From: Octopus bimaculoides
Lineage: Eukaryota
Direction of reading: 5' to 3'
Assembly: GCF_001194135.2 (NCBI RefSeq)
Contig: NC_068994.1
Coordinates: 39,861,446-39,925,445, forward strand
Length of the DNA: 64,000 nucleotides
How positions within the stretch are numbered: the stretch's first letter is position 1; each line of letters begins with the position of its first letter. The notes beneath the pieces were generated by a model. That model searched no databases and was not told the origin of the DNA. It saw nothing but the letters and a program-made list of their open reading frames with translations. Shown here in pieces: positions 12,547 through 25,212 of this stretch. The position numbers and the translations under genes are program-made.

Positions 12547-14568
12547 TTTTCACTGTTCATAAGTTGAACAACAAGGGTTAGAGATGTGTCTTGACACTGG
12601 CTATCATAAAGAACATTGACTCTCCTTTCATTGTTTTACATTTATCTTTGTAATTATTGTCATTATTACTATTACTATTTCAAATTCCACTAAGGTCGAC
12701 TTTGCCTTACATCCTTTCTGGGGTCAATAAAATAAGTACCAGTTGAGTCCTGGTTTCAATGTAATTGACATCTCCTCTCCTAAAATTGCTGGCCTTGTGC
12801 CAAATTTTGAAATCATTATTATTATTGAATGCAATAAACTGGCAGAATGATTACCACACCAGACAAAATGCTTAATGGTATTTCTTCTTGTTTTACATCC
12901 TGAGTTCAAATGTTACTGAGGGTGATTTTGTTTTACATCCTTTGAAAGTTCAATAACACTGGGGCTAATATAATTGACTAGCCCCCTCCCCACAAAATTT
13001 CAGGCCTTGGGCTTATTGTAGAAAGATTTATTATCATTGGGAGAGAAAAACATGTCACAGACAGACATAAATATTCACACATACATACACACCTACATAC
13101 ATACATACACACACATACAAACACATAAATATTCACACATACATACATAAACACACACACACCCAAACATTCATTCAAACATACATAGATGCATACACAC
13201 ACACACAAGTAAACAATTAAACATTCATATATAAATACATACACATACACACATGCACAAACACATAGACATTCAAACATACATACATACACACACATAT
13301 ACAAACACATTCATGCATACATACATACATACACATAAACATTCACACATACATACATACATACATACATACATACACACATGCATACATACACACACAG
13401 GCATACATACATACATATGAACAGACATACATACATATATATATGGGCTTCCTCTCAGTTTTCATTTACTACATTTACTCACAAAACAATGTCAGCCTGA
13501 GGCTATAGCAAAAGACACTTTCTAAAGGTGGGATTGAACCCAATCACATGGTTGCAAAGCAAGTTTCTTAACCACACAGCAATGACTACATTTATATGTG
13601 TAAGAGAATTTAAAACAGATTCATGAATTTACTTAATGTGAAAAATGCTTACTTTTTTAAAATTTTTACCAGATAATATTCTTTAAACTTCAAAATGTTT
13701 ATTTTGCTTATTTCTCTACTGAGTAATTACCTCGTCACAAACATGTATTCATTATTTCTTGCACTTACAATGTAAGGTTTAGATATTCCAGCTTTTGAAC
13801 TTTGTAAATATATATTTTTTTTCTTTTTTGTCCCAGATTTTTTCTTGTGCCTTTAGCAGCTAATTAACTGATATTCATTATACTGCATTCATATTTCTTA
13901 TTTGCATAAATATGCATTTAGGAAAAATAAAAAATAAAAAAAAATATATATAAACTTCCTTCACTATAACAACAAAGCAAATTGCTGAGGTAGCCATTAT
14001 TCAGGAAGTTTACTAAAAAGGTATTTCAGATGTAGAACATTTTACATATTTTCTTGTATCATAACCATGACTTGAAGGACTGAAGCCATCGTAATCCAGT
14101 AAATCTGATTTAGCTTTCAAGCTAATTTGCTTGGTTGTCATGACATCTGTAATCACTGATCTGGTCTATTCTCAAACAGCTAATGGACCAGAAAGACATA
14201 TTCATTATGGGAGGAGATGGTCTTGAACTTAAGCAAAGCAGATTGCATGATGTTTACAGACCTAATTGATGTGGTAGCATTCAAATTACCTTGTTCCAGT
14301 GCAGCACTTTGATTGCTATTTTGACTAGACAAAGCACTCAGAAAAAATGTTACAAACTTTGAGGCTGTTTAAACTATCCTTGAAATATCCTTCTAATGCT
14401 AGTCACCTTGTGGACTCTAGCAACTGGTTAGTTCCCATAAAAAAGAGCATTTGGTATCTGAATGGTCTCCATTTAAACAAAGTGTCCATCTGGGACTGGA
14501 ATTTCTTCACGTTTGGCAGTACCATATCTATGTCTTACTATCACGTATTTATATATGTATATACATGA

Positions 14569-14569
<1 letters not shown>

Positions 14570-14653
<84 letters not shown>

Positions 14654-14740
14654 CAGACAGACAGATAGACAGACAGATAGATAGATAGATAGATTGACTG
14701 AATGATTGACAGACAGACAGATAGATAGATAGATCAATGG
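14570..14740. repeat. Long (TA)n followed by (AGAC/AGAT)n; representative of many TA, TG, TATG and trinucleotide tracts
   Basis: Read directly. Similar tracts occur at 2100-2750, 13060-13440, 23560-23760, 45310-45350, 48710-48800, 50660-50710 and elsewhere. Confidence 0.95.
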
Positions 14741-15408
14741 ACAGATGGATAGCTATAGACATATACATGTATGTGTGTGCATGTACATATGTGTCTGTAT
14801 GATTGTATATACATATGTGTAGAAGTACATGTCTATGTATGCACTTTTATATGTATGTACACACTAGAGATGTATGAGAGTATCTACGTATAAATACATG
14901 TATGAGTATTTCTTTGTTTTGCAAGTATGTATGCATGAAAATATATTTTTTATTGTATTTACATCTTAAGGGCATTCTTTTAACATAAACACATGCATTG
15001 GTTGTAATACATTTTTCTTTTATTAATTAATTAAGCTATTCATATGGTTATTGATTGGTTTGTCATGTCTTTCACTAAACAACTACCCTCTTCTCAATGA
15101 TATCCAGCCCTACAATTGTCCTTGCTTCCTTTTCCACATTTAGTATTTATAAGTATTTAATAATGTGTGTGTTTGTGTGAGCGTAATTGAAATTGGGAGA
15201 GAATGACATGTAGGTGCATGTCTGTGTGTATGTATGTGCAAAAGTGTGTGATGGTAAGCAACCACATATTCATGTGTGCACTGGTTTCCTAAATGATACC
15301 AAGTGTATTTTCATTTTGAATTATTTTTGTATAACTTTAAGCAATTTCCACTCATATACACTCACATGTGAATGTGTGTATACGTGTGTATGTATGTGTG
15401 TGCATATA

Positions 15409-16276
15409 CAGGGTGCAGTGAATAAACTGTCATCTAAATGATGCAAAAAAATGATAATAATGCTAACATTTCGTTTTAACATATATTTACCAAAATTACA
15501 TAAAAATATCTCGAAATATTAAAGAGTAAATTTATTCAAAAAAATTGCCTTTGGCTTCAACCACGGACTCCAAATGACTTTGGAATCTCCTACAACTCTT
15601 CTGGACAGATGGTCTCCTTGTTTAAGTTGGTGAATGCTGCCATAATCCTTGCCTTCAGTTCATCTTTGGTGTAACAAGGAGTTTTGTTGGTCTCTTGCTC
15701 AACTGTGCACCACACATAATAATTAAGGGGACTACAGTCTGGGGAGTTAGGTGGCCAAATGTTATGGGTGATGTGGTCACAGAAATTGTCTGACAGCCAT
15801 GACTGGGTTCTCCTGTTTGTGTGGCATGGTGCAGACTCCTGTTGCCAGACATAGTAGCCACCTTCTTGACTCAGGACATCACTACCTCTTCCAGGCATTT
15901 GATGTAGGCCTCCATATTGAGTGTGAGTCTGTGTGGGAAGATGGAGGCATAACGTCACCATCACTAGTGATCACTCCAGACACTATGATGTTGACTAGAT
16001 GTTTGATTTTCGTCACTCTTGGTACATGTACTCAGATTGCACTGTTCTCAGATTGACACCCAAACATTCTGAAGTGTTCATATTGGAATTTCCGGTATGA
16101 ATGCCAAGCAGCACAGCATGTCATTTCCAGATTTCTGGTAGAGTGAATTGTCATGATGCTGTTTTTCTCACAGACAGTGCCCAACTGACTCTACTACACT
16201 ACATATCAAAAACAATTAATGTGCATGCATGAAATTGAAAATATAAAATGGCGACAATTTTACCCATCGCACCCTC
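15409..16276 (-). mobile_element. Tc1/mariner superfamily maT (DD37D-type) element, internally deleted and non-autonomous
   Basis: TA-CAGGGTGC...GCACCCTC-TA imperfect TIRs. The minus strand encodes PEIWK*HAVLLGIH (N-terminus) joined to VPRVTKIKHLVNI...SDGDVMPP and YVWQQESAPCHT...WPPNSPDCSPLNYYVW. There are 37 residues between the second and third catalytic positions, now E and N. Confidence 0.88.
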
Positions 16277-16386
16277 TATATATGTATATATAAATGTGTG
16301 TGTGCACGTGCATATGTGTATATATATATATATATGTGTGTGTGTGTATGTATATATACATATTTGCATATCTATATGTGTGTGTG

Positions 16387-16427
<41 letters not shown>

Positions 16428-18277
16428 NNNNNNNNNNNNNNNNNNNNNNNNNNNNNNNNNNNNNNNNNNNNNNNNNNNNNNNNNNNNNNNNNNNNNNNNN
16501 NNNNNNNNNNNNNNNNNNNNNNNNNNNNNNNNNNNNNNNNNNNNNNNNNNNNNNNNNNNNNNNNNNNNNNNNNNNNNNNNNNNNNNNNNNNNNNNNNNNN
16601 NNNNNNNNNNNNNNNNNNNNNNNNNNNNNNNNNNNNNNNNNNNNNNNNNNNNNNNNNNNNNNNNNNNNNNNNNNNNNNNNNNNNNNNNNNNNNNNNNNNN
16701 NNNNNNNNNNNNNNNNNNNNNNNNNNNNNNNNNNNNNNNNNNNNNNNNNNNNNNNNNNNNNNNNNNNNNNNNNNNNNNNNNNNNNNNNNNNNNNNNNNNN
16801 NNNNNNNNNNNNNNNNNNNNNNNNNNNNNNNNNNNNNNNNNNNNNNNNNNNNNNNNNNNNNNNNNNNNNNNNNNNNNNNNNNNNNNNNNNNNNNNNNNNN
16901 NNNNNNNNNNNNNNNNNNNNNNNNNNNNNNNNNNNNNNNNNNNNNNNNNNNNNNNNNNNNNNNNNNNNNNNNNNNNNNNNNNNNNNNNNNNNNNNNNNNN
17001 NNNNNNNNNNNNNNNNNNNNNNNNNNNNNNNNNNNNNNNNNNNNNNNNNNNNNNNNNNNNNNNNNNNNNNNNNNNNNNNNNNNNNNNNNNNNNNNNNNNN
17101 NNNNNNNNNNNNNNNNNNNNNNNNNNNNNNNNNNNNNNNNNNNNNNNNNNNNNNNNNNNNNNNNNNNNNNNNNNNNNNNNNNNNNNNNNNNNNNNNNNNN
17201 NNNNNNNNNNNNNNNNNNNNNNNNNNNNNNNNNNNNNNNNNNNNNNNNNNNNNNNNNNNNNNNNNNNNNNNNNNNNNNNNNNNNNNNNNNNNNNNNNNNN
17301 NNNNNNNNNNNNNNNNNNNNNNNNNNNNNNNNNNNNNNNNNNNNNNNNNNNNNNNNNNNNNNNNNNNNNNNNNNNNNNNNNNNNNNNNNNNNNNNNNNNN
17401 NNNNNNNNNNNNNNNNNNNNNNNNNNTATGATTTTTTTTTTTAGTAATATTTAGCAGAGGTAAGAAAAGAGTGTTTATAACCATGTAAGTATTGCAAACA
17501 ATGCATGAAAAAACCTCACTTCAAATGTAGATCCTGGTGTTTCATGTGTGTGTGTGTGTGTGTAGAGGATGTGTGTGGTAGTGCGTATGAGCTATGCAAA
17601 ACTGAAAAACTAAGAGATGAACAATGTGTTGGAAAAAAGAAAAGAAAAATAATTTAGCTGTATATAAAATGCTGGATTGAAAAATAAAATTAAGCACTTT
17701 ATATCAACGATATATATAATGAAAAAGAAAAACCAGAATAAGCAGGGAAAAAAATAGTAAAGAATGACTTTATAATACATAATGTTAAAATAAGACACAA
17801 ATAAACTATATATTTAAAAACAATAAAAAACTAGAAAAGAAAGGGGAAAAAATAATAATGTTTTAGAATAATCATATAATGTTTTGATATAAAATGGCTA
17901 TGTAAACAATAATTGAAAAGTATTATGAAAATATAAAATTAATTATACAAAATTATTGATGTGTGATTATTCAATTATATGGAATGGGGTAGATAATTCT
18001 ATAGAATTTTGGCAAATAATTAATAATATATCATTAATAGTGGTAAGTATTATATTACTTTATTAGAAATGTTTGTGATATTTGTGCTTACAAATGAATT
18101 CAATTCATATAAAATACAAATGAATAAAATTTGAAAATGGTGTCAAATAGTCATTTTGTTCGTTTGTCTATCTAAATGGTAGTTATTTGTGCACAAAACC
18201 TGTAAATATTATACAAAAGATTGTGTTACACTTGATGAATATCTGTTTACATATTTATCTATCTTATTTCAAGCCAA

Positions 18278-18357
<80 letters not shown>

Positions 18358-19739
18358 TACATTGGTTGTTCAGATGAGGTAGTTGTGTGGAAGGGTAATT
18401 TCATTGCTCTCTTCTGCCTAGGGATCACCAACACAGGTACATGCCTATTGATCCTACAAGGCCACTGAGTCCTCAATGTGCAGCTGCCACCTTGTCTGTC
18501 CAAATGTGAGCACCCTCGCCTTTATGCCCTGGCAGCCATCATGCTCGCTCATCTATTTGTACATATACATTTATAAATACATATATATATACACACACAA
18601 ACACACACGTATATGTATACACACACATATATATATATGCATATGATTATATGATTTTGCTTAGGTATAGTGATACTAATAACCAGTCGTTTGAACACAA
18701 TATGCCTATACTTTTGAGTAAAGCATGAGACAAGTACAGGGCCTAATATCAATTAATGCATAACAGTGACAAAAGAACATAAACACCTTCATTAGCTTAC
18801 AGCTGTTTCTGTTGTAAGAAACAGTGCACTCATAGTGAGTACTGGTGTGACATCTTAAAGCTTCCTCAGTGTAATTACAATCAAGTGCATGTTTATTTCA
18901 GAAAGTATTACATAACTCCTGTTCTTTAATCATTCATTAATTGACATGCATATATATCCTTAATTTATTTCTTATGATGTAGTACTGTATCCATCAATTC
19001 ATTTTACTTCCCCGGAGGTGGCAGCAGGTGTGTTACTACATATTGTTTTCCTATTGAGATTGAGTCTGTCTGCTTATTTGTACACTGATTCAGTAACTTG
19101 AGAAAGAATCTGTTCTTATATGTGCATTGACAGTTTTTAATACCACAGAAATATACAGAATACTTTTACACAGAGGAAGAGGAATTATTACTTGATTATT
19201 TTACATACACCTTTAGGTATGAAGAAATAATTAGGTCTGCCAAAACAGTTATAAAACACTTCACACATTTCTAACTCAGATGTACATTTTTGTATGAAAG
19301 CACAAACATGCATTATAGCATTTTGGCAAAGAAGATTGTTAGAATAAGTATAACATATATTTTATTCATAATAAGCCCTCAGTCATATCATTAATGGTGC
19401 AAAACCGAGTATTACCAATCGGTTGATAACTGATGAAGAATTAGGGACCTTCTGTTTTTGTCTCCCATCTGGTTGTCCATTCAGTATATATTATGTCTTT
19501 GTTTATCTACCATACATTTTTCATTTATCAAGTAATGTAACGCAACACACACCAAATTTGTATTAACAAGCTTTTTTACTTCCTTCTTATGAACCTCTAA
19601 ATTGTTCTCTATAAAAATTCAGTACTACTACTACTACTACTACAGGTCTTTTAACTATGTTTCATTTAAATTGAATATTGTCTTCTGAAAGTTACTCTCA
19701 AAACACAAGTCACTTTGCAAAGGATTTGAAATTAAATCT

Positions 19740-21110
19740 CTCTTGTTAGAACTGGTTTGTTGGGGAGACTTTCTTTGAGATCTGACTTTGCAGATCTATC
19801 AACTCTCTAAGTTTTTTAAAGGTGAGAATTCTCAGCATGAAATAAATCACCTGCATCAACTTCTTTGTATTCAACTTCCTGTACCAACTGTATTTATCCC
19901 CTACCTTCTTAGCCATATTTTTGGACACAATTTTTTCCAAAGGAGGTGTATATATGTCTTTTTGCTAGGGGAGGGGTCTATGATATTTTTATTGCTTACG
20001 GCTGTGTAAGTAAAAAGTTTGCTTCTTAACCATAAAGTTTTGGGTTCAGTCTCATCGCACAGCTTCTTGGGCAAATGTCGTTTACTATAAGCCTCAGTTA
20101 ATCAAAGACTTATGAGTGGACTTGATTGATAGAAAATGTAAAAAACACCCAACATGTGTGTGTGTGTGTGTGTGTGTTTACATCTGCCATTCACTTATTC
20201 TGAAACCAAAACCTTTGTGCTGTGTTCTGTGGACACATCCCCTGTCTATAAGTCCCTCAGATGCTTTATACTGCCTTTGAAAGCATATGGAATTCTAGAT
20301 AAACAAGTGTTAGCATCAGAAAAGCATCCATCTGCAAAACAATACCTTAGTTAACATGTTCATTTAAGCTAAGCTAAAACGGTAAAATCAAATGTAAAAA
20401 CAAATGAATGAAGTGTAGTGGAATTTTAATAGAATTGTTTGCTGGATTCACCTGAATCATCATTTCAATAACTAACTGCCTTAAAGTTATTTCAAGGTAA
20501 TATTCCTTGAAAACAGAAATAATTCTCAGCTCCATAGAATGTAATAATAAAACTGTGCTTGATGATGGAATGAAAGCAACTTCAGCCAGCATACACATTT
20601 GGAGAGAATTGAGATTTGAAAGATAACCAAAGGCTCAAAATTATTCTTCCCACATTAACACTTGACAGCAAGGCAGAAATTTCCAAAGAACCAATGAGGA
20701 AACAAATCCTGTGTAACTGAAACTTTATAGTTAGATTTCTTTATAACAGGCAGACAAGAGTTTGAGACATTCGTCGTTCTTGGAGTATCAGAATTATAAA
20801 CAAGCAATGATTTAAACATCAATTCTTCTAACAAGCTAAGAAAATCTCTGGTTACGTTATACCTTGGTGCATTTTACCACTTTTTAAATAAACGTTTTAA
20901 AAGGTGAACACTGCCAACATAGCCTACACCAATTTGATTACCTTAAAAACCATATATTTGGTGGATATTTAGTGGCTTTCATAATACCTTTCCATAAGAC
21001 TGGGAATGAAGTTTGCTTAGTAGGTGCAAACCCAGGCTCAAAATTTTCTGCAAACAAGGTTGATATTTTTCTCATTCTTGATATCCAAACAAACACAGGT
21101 ACAATAATAA
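19740..21110 (-). mobile_element. pogo/Tigger-like DDE transposase remnant, heavily decayed and interrupted by a SINE at about 19995-20170
   Basis: Minus-strand peptides KSLLVYNSDTPRTTNVSNSCLPVIKKSNYKVSVTQDLFPHWFFGNFCLAVK and VAFIPSSSTVLLLHSMELRIISVFKEYYLEITLRQLV resemble the Tigger motifs KPLLVY..NPRA..LPV.WKSN.KAWVT and FLPPNTTS.IQPMDQG.I..FK.YY. The acidic EVDAGDL..LRELIDL segment at 19780-19940 resembles the Tigger C-terminus. Outer limits are uncertain. Confidence 0.7.
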
Positions 21111-21637
21111 TAATTATTATTCTATTTCTACATCAATCAAATCAGATAAATCCTTTAATCTTTTCTACTCTTGGTACAAGACCCGAAATTTTCTTGGAGT
21201 GGGGGGGGGGGGCACTCGATTTGATTGACCCCAGTACACAACTGGACTCTTTTGTTAAAAAATGAAAATGGTAAATCCTATCTAATTAGCCACTATTTGG
21301 AAATAATGAAAGTGAGATGTACTTTACACAGCTAATTCGTTTATATAAGTCAATCAAAGAAATATCAGCCATTAATACCATAAAATACTGTTGGAGATTT
21401 GTATGCGTTTGACATCATTTTACATGTTGGATACCTTTCTTATCACAACCACTTTACAGTATGGACTGGATGCATATTTTCATGTTACCAACACATTAGA
21501 AGTTGTCATCCAGAATTAAAATGTTCTCCCTTAGGGTTCCATGTTAGGTTTTGCTGTTAAAATTTATGTGCAACAAATTGGTTATACTTCTCCAGTACAC
21601 AAAATATTTTAACAATATTTTTTATTAAACAATTACA

Positions 21638-21837
21638 CTTTTACTTGTTTCAATCATTTGACTGTGGCCATGTTGGAGCACCGCCATTAGTTGAGCAAAT
21701 CGACCCCCAGGACTTATTCTTTGGAAGCCTAGTACTTATTCTATCGGTCTATTTTGTTGAACCTCTAAGTTACAGAGACGTAAACACACCAGCATCGGTT
21801 GTCAAGCGATGTTGGGGGAACAAACACACAAACATAT

Positions 21838-21888
<51 letters not shown>

Positions 21889-22056
21889 TGAGTTGGTCTG
21901 GATATTGCATCGAAATGATCACAGATCATAATAAAGTTTTTACAATGGACCATCTTTTAGCTCTTATTTAAATTGATATACATACAAAAACTCACATGTG
22001 AGAATTTTGCTACATTTGATAACAGATACAATATTTTTACCAAATTTTGGTATAGA

Positions 22057-22108
<52 letters not shown>

Positions 22109-22274
22109 CATATATACGACGGGCTTCTTTCAGTTTCCATTTACCAAATCGACTCACATGGCTTTCGTCAGCCCGACGCTATAGTAGAAGACACCTGCCC
22201 AAGGTGCCACGCAGTGGGACTGAACCCGGAACCAAGTGGTTCATAAGCAAGCTACTTACCACACAGCCACTCCT
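21638..22274 (-). mobile_element. tRNA-derived SINE family B with internal microsatellite, best-preserved copy
   Basis: Head GGAGTGGCTGTGTGGTAAGTAGCTTGC...GGTTCCGGGTTCAGTCCCACTGCGTGGCACCTTGGGCAGGTGTC (B-box-like), a TA-rich microsatellite core, and tail ...GGTGCTCCAACATGGCCACAGTCAAATGA.TGAAACAAGTAAAAG. Confidence 0.88.
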
Positions 22275-22289
22275 ATTATTCCTAATATT

Positions 22290-22401
22290 TAATTATAAAA
22301 ATATGATGGGAATTTTTTAAACATTGAATGCTTATTGGGGTCCAGTAGAGTAAAATAAGAATTAAAGGGGCGCATGGGTAGAAAATGGTTGAGAGCCACT
22401 G
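22290..22401 (+). mobile_element. hAT (Charlie-like) MITE, right end fragment
   Basis: GGTTGAGAGCCACTG terminus (inverse of CAGTGGTT.TCAAC) followed by ATGTAGAG; internal GGGGTCCA is also seen in the 878 fragment. Confidence 0.6.
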
Positions 22402-23274
22402 ATGTAGAGGGTCTCTTTTCTTAACTTTCACTGGGGTTTATTTCATCCTTGTCTCTCTATGCAAGTAATTTATTTCAGACCTTACAACTCTTCTAGATGA
22501 GTTGTGAAGTTCTGGAAGAATGATGACAGAGGGGATAGGGAGAAAAACGAATAATGAATCAAATCAAAAAGGGATGTGTAGGTATGGGGTAATGAACAGA
22601 TAATGTGGTAAGGAGTAGAAGGGGAAAAATGAGCCAGGAATGAAACAGAGGAAAAAGGAAATGTGAAGGGGACTGGAATATCAGCTGGAACTGACAGCAC
22701 TGGGGAGGCATCCTTTGAAAGAAGGAGGGGACTGTTAGTAAGAACAGAGACCTTTGTATAGATTAGTATGACACTGAATATGAAGTTTACATATGGCTAA
22801 GTGGAGAGCAGCACAAGCATTAGAGAAGGGAGGAGACATTGAATATGCATGCCACTAGCCTGAGAATGTGAAGGAGAAAGACGCCATGTCTCCCATGTAT
22901 CATAATAACCTAACATTTTCCTAGACATTTAGAAGAAGCAGATATTCTTAAATATAACTCCTTAAAAACAAAACAAAACAAAAAAAACTCTGAATTTCAA
23001 TTATTCATAAAGAAAATTCTAATGTTGTTAACGAAAAATAATAAAAATATGATAAAGGATGTACAATTGCAGATGGTGGACTAATTAATTTAGAACCCCT
23101 ATGCCTGCAAATAAAAGCAGGCAATACTGTTCATAAGCCCCTGCTATGAAGAAACAGCAAGACGCATAGATTACACCTGAACAAATATCAATTCAAAACT
23201 AGCATTATTGGCAGAAAACAATGACAAGATGTACGCCCAAACACATACACACAGACACTCATACACATACACAT

Positions 23275-23309
<35 letters not shown>

Positions 23310-23556
23310 ACAATCTCTCACACACGCATTCTCATACACACAACACACACAAGCACATGCATAAATAAACACAAATGCACATGAAAAACTATTCCAGCAC
23401 TCAGGTGTTCAACTGGAATTCTTTACCGTTTTAATTAAATAATAAATCCTTGTAAATGTAGGACACTAGAAACATAAAAACAACATGATTGATCACAGAA
23501 GTGATATTTGCATTCAATCAGCATATAACATATACATAAGAAATAATATAACAGAA

Positions 23557-23611
<55 letters not shown>

Positions 23612-23771
23612 TTACATATGAATATATATATATATATACATATGAATATATATGTGTCTCTGTTTATACATTCACACATGCATATACAATCACACCGATA
23701 CATATACATACATGCACATATATATAAGTATGTGCATGTGCCTATATATATATGTATATACACGCACAAGA

Positions 23772-23921
23772 GCATACATGGCTGTGTGATTAAGAAGCTT
23801 ACTTTGCAACCACATGGTTTCAGGTTCAGTCCCACTGCACAGTACTTTGGGCTTTGTGTCTTCTACTATAGTCCCAAAACAGCCAGTGCTGTGCAAGTGA
23901 ATTTGCTAGATAGAAATTCAG

Positions 23922-23962
<41 letters not shown>

Positions 23963-24202
23963 CGTCTGTGTGTGTGTGTGTGCATAGATATGTATCTTTG
24001 TATTTGCACTTGTTCCCTTAACTGCCTTCCTTACAACTGGTGTTGGTTTTTATATGTCCCCATAACTTAGTGGTCCGCCATAGGAGGCCAATAGATTAAG
24101 AAGTAGACTTTAAAATAAGTACAGGGGTCAGTTTGTTCAGCTATGCCTCTAAGGTGAGGTCCCAGTATGGGTACAGTCCAATGACTGAAATGAGTAAAAA
24201 GT
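23772..24202 (+). mobile_element. SINE family B copy, (TG)n core
   Basis: Same head and tail as 21638-22274, in the opposite orientation. Confidence 0.8.
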
Positions 24203-24649
24203 AAAAAAATCTATCTATTTCTTTATCCCTCCCCCTCTCTCTCTCTCTCTCTATCTATCCATCTATCTATCTATCTGTCCATCAATATATCTATCTATGT
24301 AAGTATGTATGTATGTAAGTATGTATTTATGCATGTATGTATGTCTGTATCCACACACATGGATGAGTTTCTGATGTCCTGTCACTTAAATTACCTGGTC
24401 ATTAATTAATAAGTAAGTGGTAGAATATTTCACAAGCACATGCACTCTTAGCTGTAATAGCTGTATCTCTGATTTACAGGTACAATCCATTTGATGCTTG
24501 TATGCAGTTTCTGTCTACCTAATTTACGTCACATTCTGTGGTCAACTGAAGGTGAAACAAAATGATACTTGCCCAAGATGCCACAAGTCAGATCAAACTG
24601 GACCTCATTGTTGCAATTTCTTTTCAAAACCAATATATATGTATATATT

Positions 24650-24856
24650 CTTTTATTTGTTTCAGTCATTTGACTGTGGCCATGCTGGAGCACCGCCTTT
24701 AGTCGAACAAATCGACCCCAGTACTTATTCTTTGTAAGCCTAGTACTTATTCTATTGATCTATTTTGCCGAACCGCTAAGTTACGGGGACATGAATATAC
24801 CAACATCGGTTGTCAAGTGATGGTAGGGGGACAAACACAGGCACACAAACACACAC
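24650..24856 (-). mobile_element. SINE family B 3' half, cut by assembly gap
   Basis: TTTCAGTCATTTGACTGTGGCCATGCTGGAGCACCGCCTTTAGTCGAACAAATCGACCCC... runs into (AC)n and Ns. Confidence 0.85.
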
Positions 24857-25212
24857 NNNNNNNNNNNNNNNNNNNNNNNNNNNNNNNNNNNNNNNNNNNN
24901 NNNNNNNNNNNNNNNNNNNNNNNNNNNNNNNNNNNNNNNNNNNNNNNNNNNNNNNNNNNNNNNNNNNNNNNNNNNNNNNNNNNNNNNNNNNNNNNNNNNN
25001 NNNNNNNNNNNNNNNNNNNNNNNNNNNNNNNNNNNNNNNNNNNNNNNNNNNNNNNNNNNNNNNNNNNNNNNNNNNNNNNNNNNNNNNNNNNNNNNNNNNN
25101 NNNNNNNNNNNNNNNNNNNNNNNNNNNNNNNNNNNNNNNNNNNNNNNNNNNNNNNNNNNNNNNNNNNNNNNNNNNNNNNNNNNNNNNNNNNNNNNNTATA
25201 TATATATATATA

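Noticed and set aside
14290-14335. Possible 35-nt minus-strand exon (TTTGTCTAG|...CAAG|GTAATT)
   Set aside because: Stop in phase 0, 47 kb from the Pcdh exon, and no independent support.
22480-22915. Purine-rich block possibly from an L2/Jockey-type LINE 3' end
   Set aside because: Too decayed for a convincing peptide motif.
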